Shown here: positions 9,994 through 20,860 of the stretch, one piece after another
Layout of the letters: every line of letters starts with the position of its first letter
How positions within the stretch are numbered: position 1 is the first letter of the stretch
NCBI GenBank assembly: GCA_965657355.1
Contig: CBFHOE010000003.1
Coordinates: 64,001-128,000 of the forward strand
Length of the DNA: 64,000 nucleotides
Source: Limisphaerales bacterium
GTDB taxonomy: Bacteria; Verrucomicrobiota; Verrucomicrobiia; Limisphaerales; JAJOIW01
Direction of reading: 5' to 3'
Notes under the pieces: model-generated
What the model was told of the DNA's origin: nothing
What the model saw: only the letters and a program-made list of their open reading frames with translations
Databases searched by the model: none
Program-made: the position numbers and the translations under genes

Positions 9994-11112
9994 TTAATTT
10001 GTGGGTTCATTTCCTTTCAGACTTCTGAGGAGTCGTACTCCTTTGAGGAAGTCAATTCCCCTGGCTAAACATGGATCAGATATCGCTGGCGCGGTTTGGT
10101 TAGCTTCGGGCTTCCTTATTTCATCATCGGGAAATGGTTTATGAATTCCTGCGATGCGATCATTTTGGTGTTCCTTAATCTTAATGAGATCAGCTTCGTT
10201 GAGTTGAACTTTCTGGGTAGATTTGGGTGATTTGATGAAGTAAGGATTTTCGAAGTATTTTTGTTCGATTTCTGGATCTACAGCGACTGGTATTTCAGGT
10301 TGGATTCCTTTACTGGTCAGCATTTCTCCCGAAACAAGTGAGATGGGCCCTATGGCCATGTTTAAGTTTTGTCCATCATGGAAAGGGAGAGATTCGAAGT
10401 AAAAGACATGCCCCGCAGTTTTATTCCCTATGACAATCGCTCTTTTTGATTTTTGAAGTATGGCAGCCAGTAGCTCAGCCGTTCCGGTTGTTTCTTCATT
10501 AACTAAAACAGCCATGGGTAATTGGCAATTATCTTCGCTTTTAGTGGAAGATACCATGCCTTTTTCAGATTTGTACAATTCCTTGTCAGCCCCCAGAAAT
10601 AACCCGCTAATGGAAGGAATTATTTTGTAATCGGACCCGTAGGCGTACCTGAGGTCCAAAATGAGTCCGTGGTATTCCGAACCTGGCGAGTCTTTTGCCA
10701 GAGATTCCTTGATAGCGGACAATGGGTTCTGGTCGATATTTTTTGGTTGTATGCAAACAAACTGATTCTCCAAATAGCGAGTGATTATGCTAGGGCGTGT
10801 CTTTTTTGTGTCGGAATTCCCTGTTTCTAATTTTCTTTTTGTATCGAGTGAAATTCTACCGTTAAGTTTTTCAATTAATCCTTGAATTGCGGCTTCCTCT
10901 ATATCTTTGGTTTCAAACTCATAGAGGTTATTTTTCAAAAGTTTGAGAAGCTGGTCTAGTTTTTGGAATTGGCTTTCTGTGCCCAATACGGATCCCCCTA
11001 TCAATAAAAATATTATGATGATTATATTTTTGAATTTGATCATGATGTCTGAGGTTCCATAGCTTTTTGCCGTGATAAGAATTTTTGATGAATGAAAGTC
11101 GAGAACTCTCAC
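9994..11112 (-). CDS. S41 (CtpA-like) peptidase homolog, probably catalytically inactive; start likely at MIKFK
   Basis: GLILDLR, AVLVNEET..AEL.A.LQ..RAIVIG.KTAG, GIQPEI and C-terminal DPCLARG. The catalytic SASASE and GKG motifs are replaced by TTGTAE and GHV. Confidence 0.75.
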   Translation of the reverse strand: MRVLDFHSSKILITAKSYGTSDIMIKFKNIIIIIFLLIGGSVLGTESQFQKLDQLLKLLKNNLYEFETKDIEEAAIQGLIEKLNGRISLDTKRKLETGNSDTKKTRPSIITRYLENQFVCIQPKNIDQNPLSAIKESLAKDSPGSEYHGLILDLRYAYGSDYKIIPSISGLFLGADKELYKSEKGMVSSTKSEDNCQLPMAVLVNEETTGTAELLAAILQKSKRAIVIGNKTAGHVFYFESLPFHDGQNLNMAIGPISLVSGEMLTSKGIQPEIPVAVDPEIEQKYFENPYFIKSPKSTQKVQLNEADLIKIKEHQNDRIAGIHKPFPDDEIRKPEANQTAPAISDPCLARGIDFLKGVRLLRSLKGNEPTN

Positions 11113-11135
11113 TAGTTTTCGTTTAAAATATTACT

Positions 11136-12431
11136 CTAACTTTTTAGAGCTTTATCTGCAATATCCGTCCGGTAGTAACAATTTTCAAAAGATATTTTTT
11201 CGACAGCTTTATAGGCACGCTCCTGTGCCATTTTCAGATTGTCTGCCGTGGCTGCAACTCCTAATACGCGCCCCCCTGAAGTTAGTAATTTACCGCAATC
11301 AATTTTCGTGCCTGCATGGAAAACTTTTACCTCACCTAATGCCTCTGCACTTTCAATGCCAGTAATTTCCTTGCCTTTTTCATATTGTCCTGGATATCCC
11401 CCGGAGGCAATGACGACACAAACTGTGGCGCTTCGCTTCCACTTAAGTTCGACCTTTTCAAGGCTTCCATCAATGCAAGCTTCCATCAATTCCACGATAT
11501 CATTCTCAAGTTGGGGGAGATAACACTGAGTTTCAGGGTCTCCAAATCTTGAATTGAACTCAATGACTTTGGGCCCATCAGCAGTCATCATTATTCCGGG
11601 ATATAGTAGTCCCTTGTATTCAATTCCCTCTTTTTTGCAGCCTTTGAGCCAAGGGTCTAAAATTAATTTGGCTACATTTTCAAATTCCTCGGGTTGAAGA
11701 AATGGGGCAGGTGTGAACGTCCCCATGCCGCCAGTATTTGGCCCCTTGTCGCCATCGAATGCTGGTTTATGGTCCTGGGCGGAAGGGAAAAGCTTCCATG
11801 TCCGACCGTCGCATAAGGCATGTATCGACATTTCAAGCCCTTCAAGTCTTTCTTGAATAACGACATTTTTCCCAGCTTCTCCAAATTGGCTATCTTCCAT
11901 CATTGATTTAATGGCCGAATGCGCCTCTGTCGTGCTGTGGCAGACAATAACGCCTTTGCCAAGGGCCAAACCATCAGCTTTTACGGCGCAATGACCTTGA
12001 AGTTCATTTGCAAAATCAACAGCTTCAGCTGCGGTTTGACACACTTTTGATTTAGCTGTTGGTATACCATGTTTTGCCATGAATTCCTGTGAAAACCCCT
12101 TGCTCCATTCAAATCTTGCAGCTTTTTTGGTAGGTCCCCACGCACGAAAACCTCTCTCCGTTAGGTGATCAACCATGCCAAGGGCCAATGGGTCGTCAGG
12201 AGCCACGACACACAGGTCTGGCTGAATGTCCTTAGCCAAGCCTAGAATACCTTCCAGGTCGGTGGCTTTTACCGCCCGGCAGTCTATTTTTTCGCCCGTT
12301 TTTGATACGGTTTCTCTGGCAATACCTGCATTGCCCGGGGCACATGTGATGCGAGTGACCTTCTGTGATTGGGCGAGCTTCCAAGCGAGCGCATGTTCGC
12401 GTCCTCCTCCACCGATGAGTAAAATCTGCAT
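11136..12431 (-). CDS. purD: Phosphoribosylamine-glycine ligase
   Basis: MQILLIGGGGREHALAW, KADGLALGKGV, GPNTGGMG, EFNSRFGDPE. Start set at ATG 12431. Confidence 0.97.
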   Translation of the reverse strand: MQILLIGGGGREHALAWKLAQSQKVTRITCAPGNAGIARETVSKTGEKIDCRAVKATDLEGILGLAKDIQPDLCVVAPDDPLALGMVDHLTERGFRAWGPTKKAARFEWSKGFSQEFMAKHGIPTAKSKVCQTAAEAVDFANELQGHCAVKADGLALGKGVIVCHSTTEAHSAIKSMMEDSQFGEAGKNVVIQERLEGLEMSIHALCDGRTWKLFPSAQDHKPAFDGDKGPNTGGMGTFTPAPFLQPEEFENVAKLILDPWLKGCKKEGIEYKGLLYPGIMMTADGPKVIEFNSRFGDPETQCYLPQLENDIVELMEACIDGSLEKVELKWKRSATVCVVIASGGYPGQYEKGKEITGIESAEALGEVKVFHAGTKIDCGKLLTSGGRVLGVAATADNLKMAQERAYKAVEKISFENCYYRTDIADKALKS

Positions 12432-12563
12432 AACAACATATAAATTCGCATTTTTTTTCAAAAAAACAGAAAAATCGAATAATTGTGAGCCTGATTTAGG
12501 AAAAGTGTTGAATTGAGGCGGGTTGTGGAGGTAATTGGTTGAGTTAATACGCGTTGATTGGTT

Positions 12564-14402
12564 ATGGCAAAAGCACGAGAAAAGACCGCAAAAAAAGGGG
12601 TATATGATGAAAGTAAGATAAAAACGCTTTCATCGCTTGAGCACATCCGGCTCAGAACTGGGATGTATATTGGTAGAATCGGTGATGGCAGTCACTATGA
12701 CGATGGGTGTTACATCTTACTCAAGGAGGTTGTGGATAATGCGATTGATGAATTTATCATGGGGCATGGTAAGCAAGTGGAGATCACTGTTGATGACAAC
12801 GAGGTTATGGTAAGGGATTATGGACGGGGAATTCCTTTGGGAAAAGTTATTGAGTGCGTGTCTAAAATTAACACTGGTGCAAAATATAATGATGATGTTT
12901 TCCAGTTTAGCGTTGGTTTAAATGGGGTAGGAACGAAAGCTGTAAACGCACTTTCTGATGAATTTGTTGTTCGAAGCTACCGAGGGGGAAAGTTTAAAGA
13001 AGCAGTTTTTGAAAGAGGTGTTATAAAAGGCGAGGAAGACGGTGTTGATAAAAAAGAGGAAGACGGGACTTTTGTTTGTTTTACTCCCGATCCAAAAATT
13101 TTCAAAAAGAACCAATTCAAAACAGAGCACTTGGAAAGAAGAATGCGACATTATTCTTTCCTGAACTCAGGCCTCACGATTCGATTTAATGGCAAGAGGT
13201 TTTATTCCAAAAACGGTCTTCTTGACTTGATCTCCGAGGAGTTGAGCGGAGACTCACTCTACCCTCCAATCTATCACCGAGATAGCATGCTCGAATTTGC
13301 TTTTACTCACAGCAATTCCAAGTATGGAGAACATTTTCAGTCATTTGTTAATGGTCAGTATACCTCTGATGGCGGGACGCACCTCAGTGCATTCAGGGAG
13401 GGCATCCTAAAAGCAGTTAACGAATTTTCTAAAAAGAAATTTGAGGGAGACGACGTCAGAGAGGCAATGGTTGGAGCCATAGCGATTAGACTCAAAGAGC
13501 CAATGTTTGAGTCGCAAACGAAAAACAAACTTGGAAACACTGAAATCCGAGCTGATTTGGTCAACAAGGTGCGTGAGGTGGCCGTTCAACTTCTTCATGA
13601 AAATAATGAAACAGCTTCTCGTATCATTAAGAAAATTGAGGATACCCAGCAACTCCGGAAAGAATTGCAGCAAGTTAAAAAGATGGCGAGAGAAAGGTCT
13701 AAATCAGTTGCCATCAGGGTGCCACAGCTGCGAGACTGCAAATATCACCTCGATGTTAAAAAGAATAAAGGATGGGATACAATGGTTTTCATCACTGAGG
13801 GAGCCTCAGCTGCTGGTCCAATCGCCAGTAACCGAGATGCGAACTGCCAGGCAATATTTACGCTCAAAGGGAAGCCGTTGAATGTGTGGGATCTTAAAAG
13901 AGATGCACTTTACAAAAACGATGAAATGTATAATTTGATGCGTGCTTTAAATATCGAGGAGAGCATTGATAATTTAAGATTTAGTCGAATAATTTTGGCC
14001 ACAGATGCAGACGTAGACGGGATGCATATAAGAAATTTATTGATTACTTTCTTTTTCAGGTTTTTTGAAGAGCTTATTAAAAAGGGCCACCTCTATATTT
14101 TAGAGACGCCATTATTTCGGGTTCGGAATAAAAAAGAAAATATTTATTGTTATTCTGAATCCGAAAAGGAAGCAGCTGTAAAGAAGTTAGGCAGAGGCCA
14201 TGAAATAACACGATTCAAGGGATTAGGTGAAATCTCACCGAGCGAGTTTGGCCCATTTATAAGTCGTAATATGAGGTTGAGCCAAGTGGAGTTTGCCAAT
14301 AAAACAGACACTGATGAGATTTTGACTTTTTATATGGGTAAAAATACACCAGTCAGAAAATCTTTCATAATGGAAAACCTTGTTGTTCCCGTGGAAGATT
14401 AG
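12564..14402 (+). CDS. parE: DNA topoisomerase IV subunit B
   Basis: EHIRLRTGMYIG, EVVDNAIDE, GLNGVGTKAVNALS, ATDADVDGMHI, TRFKGLGEI. Confidence 0.93.
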   Translation: MAKAREKTAKKGVYDESKIKTLSSLEHIRLRTGMYIGRIGDGSHYDDGCYILLKEVVDNAIDEFIMGHGKQVEITVDDNEVMVRDYGRGIPLGKVIECVSKINTGAKYNDDVFQFSVGLNGVGTKAVNALSDEFVVRSYRGGKFKEAVFERGVIKGEEDGVDKKEEDGTFVCFTPDPKIFKKNQFKTEHLERRMRHYSFLNSGLTIRFNGKRFYSKNGLLDLISEELSGDSLYPPIYHRDSMLEFAFTHSNSKYGEHFQSFVNGQYTSDGGTHLSAFREGILKAVNEFSKKKFEGDDVREAMVGAIAIRLKEPMFESQTKNKLGNTEIRADLVNKVREVAVQLLHENNETASRIIKKIEDTQQLRKELQQVKKMARERSKSVAIRVPQLRDCKYHLDVKKNKGWDTMVFITEGASAAGPIASNRDANCQAIFTLKGKPLNVWDLKRDALYKNDEMYNLMRALNIEESIDNLRFSRIILATDADVDGMHIRNLLITFFFRFFEELIKKGHLYILETPLFRVRNKKENIYCYSESEKEAAVKKLGRGHEITRFKGLGEISPSEFGPFISRNMRLSQVEFANKTDTDEILTFYMGKNTPVRKSFIMENLVVPVED

Positions 14403-14443
14403 GAACAGGAATTAATATTTGATGGGATTGATTCGAGGAGCAC

Positions 14444-16471
14444 ATGGCAACACGAAAAAAAACAAGTAAACCCCGAGGCAAGGAGATAAAACCATTTTTC
14501 AATGGGCTTCCACCTGAGGAATATGACACTGACGGGGACAAGGACTCCCTAAAGCAAAGAATTAACCAGAATTTTTTGGATTATGCCTCTTATGTTATAA
14601 GAGATAGAGCTATTCCGCACCTCGATGACGGGCTGAAACCCGTGCAACGCAGGATTATGTGGGTTTTGAAAAAACTCGATGATGGAAAGTTCAATAAAGT
14701 CAGTAATGTTGCCGGTAACTGTATGCAATACCACCCTCATGGAAATGCTTCTATTGAGGATGCGATAGTCGTATTGGTCAACAAGGACTATCTCGTTGAA
14801 GGGCAGGGGAATTTTGGGAATATTTACACGGGTGATAGGGCCTCTGCATCTAGGTATATTGAGTGTCGATTAACCGAATTGGCAAGAACTCAATTGTTCC
14901 AGGATGAGCTAACGGAATTTGTTCCGAGATACGACGGGCGCGACAAGGAACCGGTTACTCTTCCTGCAAAAATTCCACTTTTACTAATGTTGGGGGCCGA
15001 GGGCATCGCTGTTGGTTTATCCTCTAAAATATTGCCTCATAATTTTATAGAATTATTGGAAGCTCAAATTTCTATTTTACGAAAACAGAGCTTTACGGTA
15101 TTGCCTGATTTTAAAAAGGGCGGACTGATGGACGCAAGTAACTACGATGATGGGCGAGGTTCCATACGCTTGCGTGCCAAAATCGACGTTGCTGACAATG
15201 CCACACTGATTATTAGAGAGATCCCTCATTCTTGTACTTCTGAATCTATCGTTTCTTCTATCGAAGATGCTGTTAAAAAAGGAAAAATCAAAATAAAATC
15301 AATTAGTGATTTTACAGCAAAAAGGGTAGAAATAGAATTGAAGTTAGCGCCAGGTATTGACGCTGAAAAAACCGTTCAAGCCCTGTATGCCTTTACTGAA
15401 TGTGAGACTAGTGTATCCAGTCGGATAGTTGTAATTGACGGAGACCGTCCAGCGGAGTTGACGGTTTCTGAAGTCTTAAAACGAAATACGACCAGGCTGC
15501 GTGAGTTGCTTGAACTCGAATTGAAGATTAAAGAAGGTAAGCTCCTCGAAGATATCTTCTTTAAAACTTTAGTTAGAATTTTTATTGAGAATAGAATATA
15601 CAAAAAAATTGAGGCCGCAAAAACATCAGAAGCGGTTTCATCTAATATATACAAAGGGTTTAAACCTTTTGAGGCCGAGTTGTGGCGGCCATTGAGTGAT
15701 TCAGATATAGAAATGTTGCTCAGAGTACCTATTAGAAGGATCTCTCTTTTTGATATTAACAAGCACAAAGAGGAGATGGATAAAGTCCAGGCTGAGCTCG
15801 AAGAAACGCAAAAATATCTTAAAAGCGTCACCAGATATACAATCAGCCACTTAAAGAAATTAATAAAAGAATATGCCAGCAGTTTTCCAAGGAAAACGGA
15901 AATATCAGAGTTTACCAGCGTCACTGCAAAAGAGGTCGTGCACCGGTCTCTAAAGTTTGCCTATGACCGAAAAAAGGGATACTTCGGAATAAAAGTTAAT
16001 GGGGATGAATTTCCGCATACTGTTTCTCACCTTGATAAGTTTATTTGTGTTAAAGGAGATGGTTCATACAAGGTCAGCCAAGTTGAAGAAAAGGCATATG
16101 GCGGACCTGATGTTCTTTACCTCGCTCCTGCGTCCAAAGAAAGGCTCATGCTTGTGGCCTACACCTTAAAAGGAATTGGTTACATCAAAAAATTCGCTTT
16201 TGGAGGTGCTATCTTAAACAAAGAATATTCATGCGTGCCTGCCAAAGCAAAAATCCTTTATTTTGGAGAGTATTTTGAAGGTCCTCTTTATATAAAATAC
16301 GCACCTGTTCCAAAGCAAAAAATATCTGCGCAATTCTTGGATACGGCATTATTGAGGACAAAATCTGCCAAAGCCAATGGTAACCAACTTTCCATCAAGA
16401 AAATAAAATCTGTAAGTGGTAATAAACCGAGAGGTTGGGACCAACTTAATGCAACTCAGATCCGATTATAA
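14444..16471 (+). CDS. parC: DNA topoisomerase IV subunit A
   Basis: DGLKPVQRR, YHPHG, SASRYIE (active-site Tyr); short C-terminal domain; follows parE. Confidence 0.92.
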   Translation: MATRKKTSKPRGKEIKPFFNGLPPEEYDTDGDKDSLKQRINQNFLDYASYVIRDRAIPHLDDGLKPVQRRIMWVLKKLDDGKFNKVSNVAGNCMQYHPHGNASIEDAIVVLVNKDYLVEGQGNFGNIYTGDRASASRYIECRLTELARTQLFQDELTEFVPRYDGRDKEPVTLPAKIPLLLMLGAEGIAVGLSSKILPHNFIELLEAQISILRKQSFTVLPDFKKGGLMDASNYDDGRGSIRLRAKIDVADNATLIIREIPHSCTSESIVSSIEDAVKKGKIKIKSISDFTAKRVEIELKLAPGIDAEKTVQALYAFTECETSVSSRIVVIDGDRPAELTVSEVLKRNTTRLRELLELELKIKEGKLLEDIFFKTLVRIFIENRIYKKIEAAKTSEAVSSNIYKGFKPFEAELWRPLSDSDIEMLLRVPIRRISLFDINKHKEEMDKVQAELEETQKYLKSVTRYTISHLKKLIKEYASSFPRKTEISEFTSVTAKEVVHRSLKFAYDRKKGYFGIKVNGDEFPHTVSHLDKFICVKGDGSYKVSQVEEKAYGGPDVLYLAPASKERLMLVAYTLKGIGYIKKFAFGGAILNKEYSCVPAKAKILYFGEYFEGPLYIKYAPVPKQKISAQFLDTALLRTKSAKANGNQLSIKKIKSVSGNKPRGWDQLNATQIRL

Positions 16472-16484
16472 TATATACATTTTG

Positions 16485-16988
16485 ATGGTGAATGGATTTA
16501 AGGAGATAACACCCGATCTGACTCGGAGTTTAATAGATAAAGCAGAGCGCAGTCCCCGTTTAAGGAGTCATCATAATTTTCATGATGGTCCGGAATGCCC
16601 TGTCCAAAGGCTATGCATTGGGCTTAGTCCAGGGACTTACGTTAGGCCTCATCAACATCCACAAAGAAACAAATGGGAGACTATTCTTATTTTGTCTGGT
16701 GAGGTTTGTATTCTTTGCTTTGACGACAATGGTTTGGTTAATGGTCGCTCTCATTTGGGTAATGATCCTTTATTGTCTAAAGGTATTGAATTACCTGCTG
16801 GCAGTTGGCATACAATTTTTCCTGTAGGTGGAGCAGCCCTAGTTTTGGAATTCAAAGAGGGCCCTTTTGGTGAGAAGGCCCCAGTCGAATTTGCATCATG
16901 GTCGCCAGAGGAAGGGCAACCCGTGGTCCAATCATTTCTCGATTGGGCCGCCAAGGCTCAAATTGGCGATAGATTCACTCCGAATTGA
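16485..16988 (+). CDS. WbuC-family cupin-fold metalloprotein
   Basis: A.RSPRLRSHHNFH, PGTYVRPHQH, WHT, LEFKEGPF, FASWSPEE. Start set at ATG 16485. Confidence 0.85.
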   Translation: MVNGFKEITPDLTRSLIDKAERSPRLRSHHNFHDGPECPVQRLCIGLSPGTYVRPHQHPQRNKWETILILSGEVCILCFDDNGLVNGRSHLGNDPLLSKGIELPAGSWHTIFPVGGAALVLEFKEGPFGEKAPVEFASWSPEEGQPVVQSFLDWAAKAQIGDRFTPN

Positions 16989-17052
16989 TGTAATTGTCTA
17001 TGACCCTGCTTTCCTGACGGCGAGAATTCGGAATGAAATATTAGCTTCCAAT

Positions 17053-18129
17053 TCACAGATGACAGCCATTAAGGGTATCATCTGGGTGTAAGGATTCTGG
17101 GGCGAAGGGGGTCAGATTCATTGGTTTATCTGAATCAAGGAATTCTTTGCAGATTCTGAAAAATTCACTCAATGATTGAGCTCTCCTAATAGAGAAGAGG
17201 AATTGTTCCTGAGGTTCTATTCCAAGCCCAATGAAATTCATATACTTTTTTAAGTGTTGGACAGTAACCTTATCCGATCTTTTAGTATCAGTAACATGCT
17301 CTTTGAGATTGAAAATGTAGTTTAAGACATCTGTTCCTTTGGGAATGAAATACCTTTTACCTTCGAGGTGTACTTTTATTTGTTCAAATATCCATGGGTT
17401 ACGTATGGCACCCCTGCCTATCATGAGGCCAGAAGCTTTTGTGTAATTTAAGACATTCTCCGCTTTCTCTGGAGAGTATATATTACCGTTTGCCCAGACT
17501 GGGCAGTTCATTTTTTCGTTTGCTTTCCTTATTTGATCATAATTGACACTTGATCTGTACATCTCTTTGACTGTTCTGCCATGAACAGTAAGTAGGTCTA
17601 TTTTAGCGCTTGAAAATATATCGAGTAGCTCGTCAAAAATAGAATCATCGTCAAAGCCAATTCTAGTTTTCACCGAAAACTGGCAATCGATGACATCGCG
17701 AAGTGCAAAGAGAATTTTCTCTACCTCATCTGGGTATCTAAGTAACCCACCACCAGCCTTTTTTTTATACACAACGGGGGCAGGGCACCCGAGATTCAAG
17801 TCGATCCCCATTATGTTATATTTTTGAAGGTCAGTAGCCGCTCGTTGCAGGGCAGAAATATCGTTTCCTATAATTTGAGCGATGACTGGTTTTTTTGTGG
17901 GGTTTCTTTTTATGGATTTTAGTATTTCTCCACTTAATCGATAAGTTGGAGTCACCCTGAAATACTCAGTAAAATAAATATCTGGTCCCCCGTATTGGTG
18001 CATCAGTCTCCAAAAATTAAGGTCCGTAACATCTTGCATCGGTGCAAGCGAGAGAATAGGAATAGGCCTCTCCATCTTTATGTTCCTTCCAGAAATTCCC
18101 TGTTCTTTATGACTATTCTTTGTATCCAT
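17053..18129 (-). CDS. dus: tRNA-dihydrouridine synthase (Dus family)
   Basis: LAPMQDVTD, IDLNLGCP, VKTRIG, LTVHGRT, ANGNI, MIGRGAIRNPWIF. True start may be ATG 18075. Confidence 0.92.
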   Translation of the reverse strand: MDTKNSHKEQGISGRNIKMERPIPILSLAPMQDVTDLNFWRLMHQYGGPDIYFTEYFRVTPTYRLSGEILKSIKRNPTKKPVIAQIIGNDISALQRAATDLQKYNIMGIDLNLGCPAPVVYKKKAGGGLLRYPDEVEKILFALRDVIDCQFSVKTRIGFDDDSIFDELLDIFSSAKIDLLTVHGRTVKEMYRSSVNYDQIRKANEKMNCPVWANGNIYSPEKAENVLNYTKASGLMIGRGAIRNPWIFEQIKVHLEGKRYFIPKGTDVLNYIFNLKEHVTDTKRSDKVTVQHLKKYMNFIGLGIEPQEQFLFSIRRAQSLSEFFRICKEFLDSDKPMNLTPFAPESLHPDDTLNGCHL

Positions 18130-18135
18130 GATACA

Positions 18136-19152
18136 TCAAATCACTGGAGATTCATTCAGAGTAATCGATTTTGTGCTCGTATCTATGGTCATGGAAATCC
18201 CCGATGGAATTGTCAAATTATTCTCCACGTGGCCAAATGGGTAATTAGCCAAAATAGGAATATCAATTTCTTTTAATCGATCGAAAAATACATCAGCGAG
18301 ATTAAATTCTTTTGGGGCCTTTTTCCTTGATGTAGATATATCGCATCTCGCAAACTGCCCAAGAACCAAAGCTGAAATTTGTTCGAAAATCCCAGCTAAC
18401 TTTAATTGTGTGAGGAGGCGATCTATTCTGTATGGCCCTTCATTTACATCTTCAATGAAGAGAATTTTATTTTTAAAATCTACCTGGTATGGAGTTGAAA
18501 TGATAGAGTTCATAACAGTCAAGTTGCCAACAACAGATTCTCCCGTGGCCTCTCCCTCATTGATACTATAAACTTTATTCCGATGTGGGTTGTCTTCGCT
18601 TAACAGTTGTTTAGAGCCATGTGGAGCTAATCCAAGAATCCTTAGAGCTGACTTAATTGTAAAATGATCCTTATTTTGTTCAATGAATGCTGAATCTATA
18701 TTTGGACCATGAAATGTCACTAGATGAGAGATTTTATTAATTGAGAGATGGAGGCTTGTGATGTCGCTAAACCCCAGCAAAATTTTCGGGTTATTTTGTA
18801 TTTCCTGGAAATTTAAATAGGGCAGAAGCCGCGCGCAGCCATATCCGCCTCTGATAGCGAAGATTCCCGATATTGATGAATCGCGGAATGCCTGCATGAG
18901 GTCTTTTGCCCGATCCTCATCTGACCCGGCTAGGTAGCCGTGACGCTGAAAAATACTTTCTCCAGAGACCGGACTAAAACCCAAGCTTCGAATCGCCTGA
19001 ATTGATCTTCTGATAGTATAGGGGTTGGAGGGAGGACTCGATGGCGCCACCACTGCTATCCTGTCACCCAATTTTAATCTTTTTGGTTTAATTTTCACTT
19101 TTAACAAAATCCAAAGACCATTTAATATCGCTTTTTCAGAATTCGGATGCAC
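18136..19152 (-). CDS. ldcA: LD-carboxypeptidase (peptidase S66)
   Basis: VVAPSS, IRGGYG, GFSDIT (Ser), IEDVNE (Glu), FGH (His). Start may be GTG 19098. Confidence 0.9.
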   Translation of the reverse strand: MHPNSEKAILNGLWILLKVKIKPKRLKLGDRIAVVAPSSPPSNPYTIRRSIQAIRSLGFSPVSGESIFQRHGYLAGSDEDRAKDLMQAFRDSSISGIFAIRGGYGCARLLPYLNFQEIQNNPKILLGFSDITSLHLSINKISHLVTFHGPNIDSAFIEQNKDHFTIKSALRILGLAPHGSKQLLSEDNPHRNKVYSINEGEATGESVVGNLTVMNSIISTPYQVDFKNKILFIEDVNEGPYRIDRLLTQLKLAGIFEQISALVLGQFARCDISTSRKKAPKEFNLADVFFDRLKEIDIPILANYPFGHVENNLTIPSGISMTIDTSTKSITLNESPVI

Positions 19153-19224
19153 TGATTTTCATTAAATTTTCTATTTTTCTGCCATGCTTTGCGAAATTCC
19201 AGACCTCTGGTTAGACTCTGATAA

Positions 19225-19971
19225 GTGAATGGAACCATTATTAACGTCTCATTGATTTTTGTGTTCGGGGTGATTTCTCTCCTGACACACCGAGAATTTA
19301 CTGAATCTTTCCAGGAGAAGCTTCGGAAAGTTACTGGTGCATTAGCTTTGTTTTTAGGACTGGTCATGATGTTTCATGGTTTTACCTGGAGCGATGGAAT
19401 CATGATGCTTCTCAAGCAATTCGGGATTTTTTACTTATCAGCTTTACTGGGAATTTTCATTGGCGGCCTTTTGAGAATTGAAAAAGGAATGGCAGCAATT
19501 ACCCGAAAAGCTCATCAAATGTTCTCCAAGTCGATTTCCTCAGAAAAACCAGATGGATTTCAGAGCAATAAGTTCTCCGAAGGTTTCCAGGTCTGCACTG
19601 TTTTATTTTGTATTGGTCCGATGGCTATTGTGGGTGCCATTATGGATGCTACGACCGGGAATTTTTTCGTGCTTTTGATAAAAGGTATCATGGACGGTAT
19701 CTCGGTGATGGCATTTGTCCGTTACTACGGATACGGAGCGATTGTCTCTGCTTTCCCAGTTGGCGTTTTCCAAGGCACCATAGCTTTAGTATTAATGGCT
19801 TATGTGAAATTGAATCTATCAGAATTGATGGTGGATTCCTTGCATTTGATGGGTGGTTTTTTAGTCATATCAATGAGCCTTGTTATTCTTGGAGCCAAAA
19901 AAGTTCCCATTGCAAATTACTTGCCCGCAATCATTATATCACCTTTATTGACCTATTTTTTACTGAATTAG
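19225..19971 (+). CDS. DUF554 family membrane protein
   Basis: MNGTIIN, LFCIGPMAIVGAI, KGIMDG, FQGTI, ANYLPAIII. Confidence 0.88.
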   Translation: MNGTIINVSLIFVFGVISLLTHREFTESFQEKLRKVTGALALFLGLVMMFHGFTWSDGIMMLLKQFGIFYLSALLGIFIGGLLRIEKGMAAITRKAHQMFSKSISSEKPDGFQSNKFSEGFQVCTVLFCIGPMAIVGAIMDATTGNFFVLLIKGIMDGISVMAFVRYYGYGAIVSAFPVGVFQGTIALVLMAYVKLNLSELMVDSLHLMGGFLVISMSLVILGAKKVPIANYLPAIIISPLLTYFLLN

Positions 19972-19989
19972 TTTATTTCGTATCGAGAT

Positions 19990-20841
19990 ATGAAAGAGGT
20001 AAATAAAGATGGTGAATTGATGAATGTACCATGCCGACATTACTTGCGATTGTTAATTGGATCAGTCATCCTTGTGGCAGTACTTCTGAGTTTGATTCAT
20101 AGTTTAACTGCAGAGAAAAATAGTGAAGAAAAAAAATCAGGAGAAGCTATTCATCTCTTTTGTGCCGCAAGTTTAAGAAATGTAATCGAAGAAATTAAGG
20201 AGAGTTACCAAGCAAATAATGATATTGCGATCGACATAACGTATGGCTCGAGCGGCCAGCTAGAGACGAGTTTGAGAATGAGCGATTCAACTATGGCATC
20301 ATTTCCTGACGTTTATATTCCAGCTGATAATCTTTTTTCAAAAAGAACCGACACGATAGGTCTCACCAGGAATACAATGGTAATTGCTCGTCAGCGAGTT
20401 GTTTTGGCTTTTGATAAAACCGTGGTAAGCAAAGTGGTTTCATTGGATGACGTGTTGAATAGCGATATACGCTTTGCCTTTTGTCACCCAGCTGCAGGTG
20501 CTGGATTAAAACTTAAATTGGTATTATCTGATATTGGTAGATGGAAAGATCTTGGCGATGCATGCGATGCTGTTTTCCCAACCGTGACTGAAGTGGCAAA
20601 CGCTATTAAGAATTCATCAGGTATCCAGGCTGGTTTTATTTGGGATACTACAGCGCGGCAGTTTCAATTAGATTATATCGAATTACCGGAATTAGAAGAA
20701 GCGTTTGGTATGGTAACTGTGAGCCTGGTCGCAGGATCCAGAAACAAAGAACCTGCGCTATCTTTTGTCAATTACATAGCGTACGATACCCGGTCGGTAG
20801 AGTATTTTGAAAATCACTTTTTCTCAACTCGTGTGAACTGA
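19990..20841 (+). CDS. modA: Molybdate ABC transporter substrate-binding protein
   Basis: FCAASL, YGSSGQL, DVYIPAD, PTVTEVAN, AGFIWDT; upstream of permease and ATPase genes. Confidence 0.8.
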   Translation: MKEVNKDGELMNVPCRHYLRLLIGSVILVAVLLSLIHSLTAEKNSEEKKSGEAIHLFCAASLRNVIEEIKESYQANNDIAIDITYGSSGQLETSLRMSDSTMASFPDVYIPADNLFSKRTDTIGLTRNTMVIARQRVVLAFDKTVVSKVVSLDDVLNSDIRFAFCHPAAGAGLKLKLVLSDIGRWKDLGDACDAVFPTVTEVANAIKNSSGIQAGFIWDTTARQFQLDYIELPELEEAFGMVTVSLVAGSRNKEPALSFVNYIAYDTRSVEYFENHFFSTRVN

Positions 20842-20860
20842 TGCAAAATTTTCAAAAATT

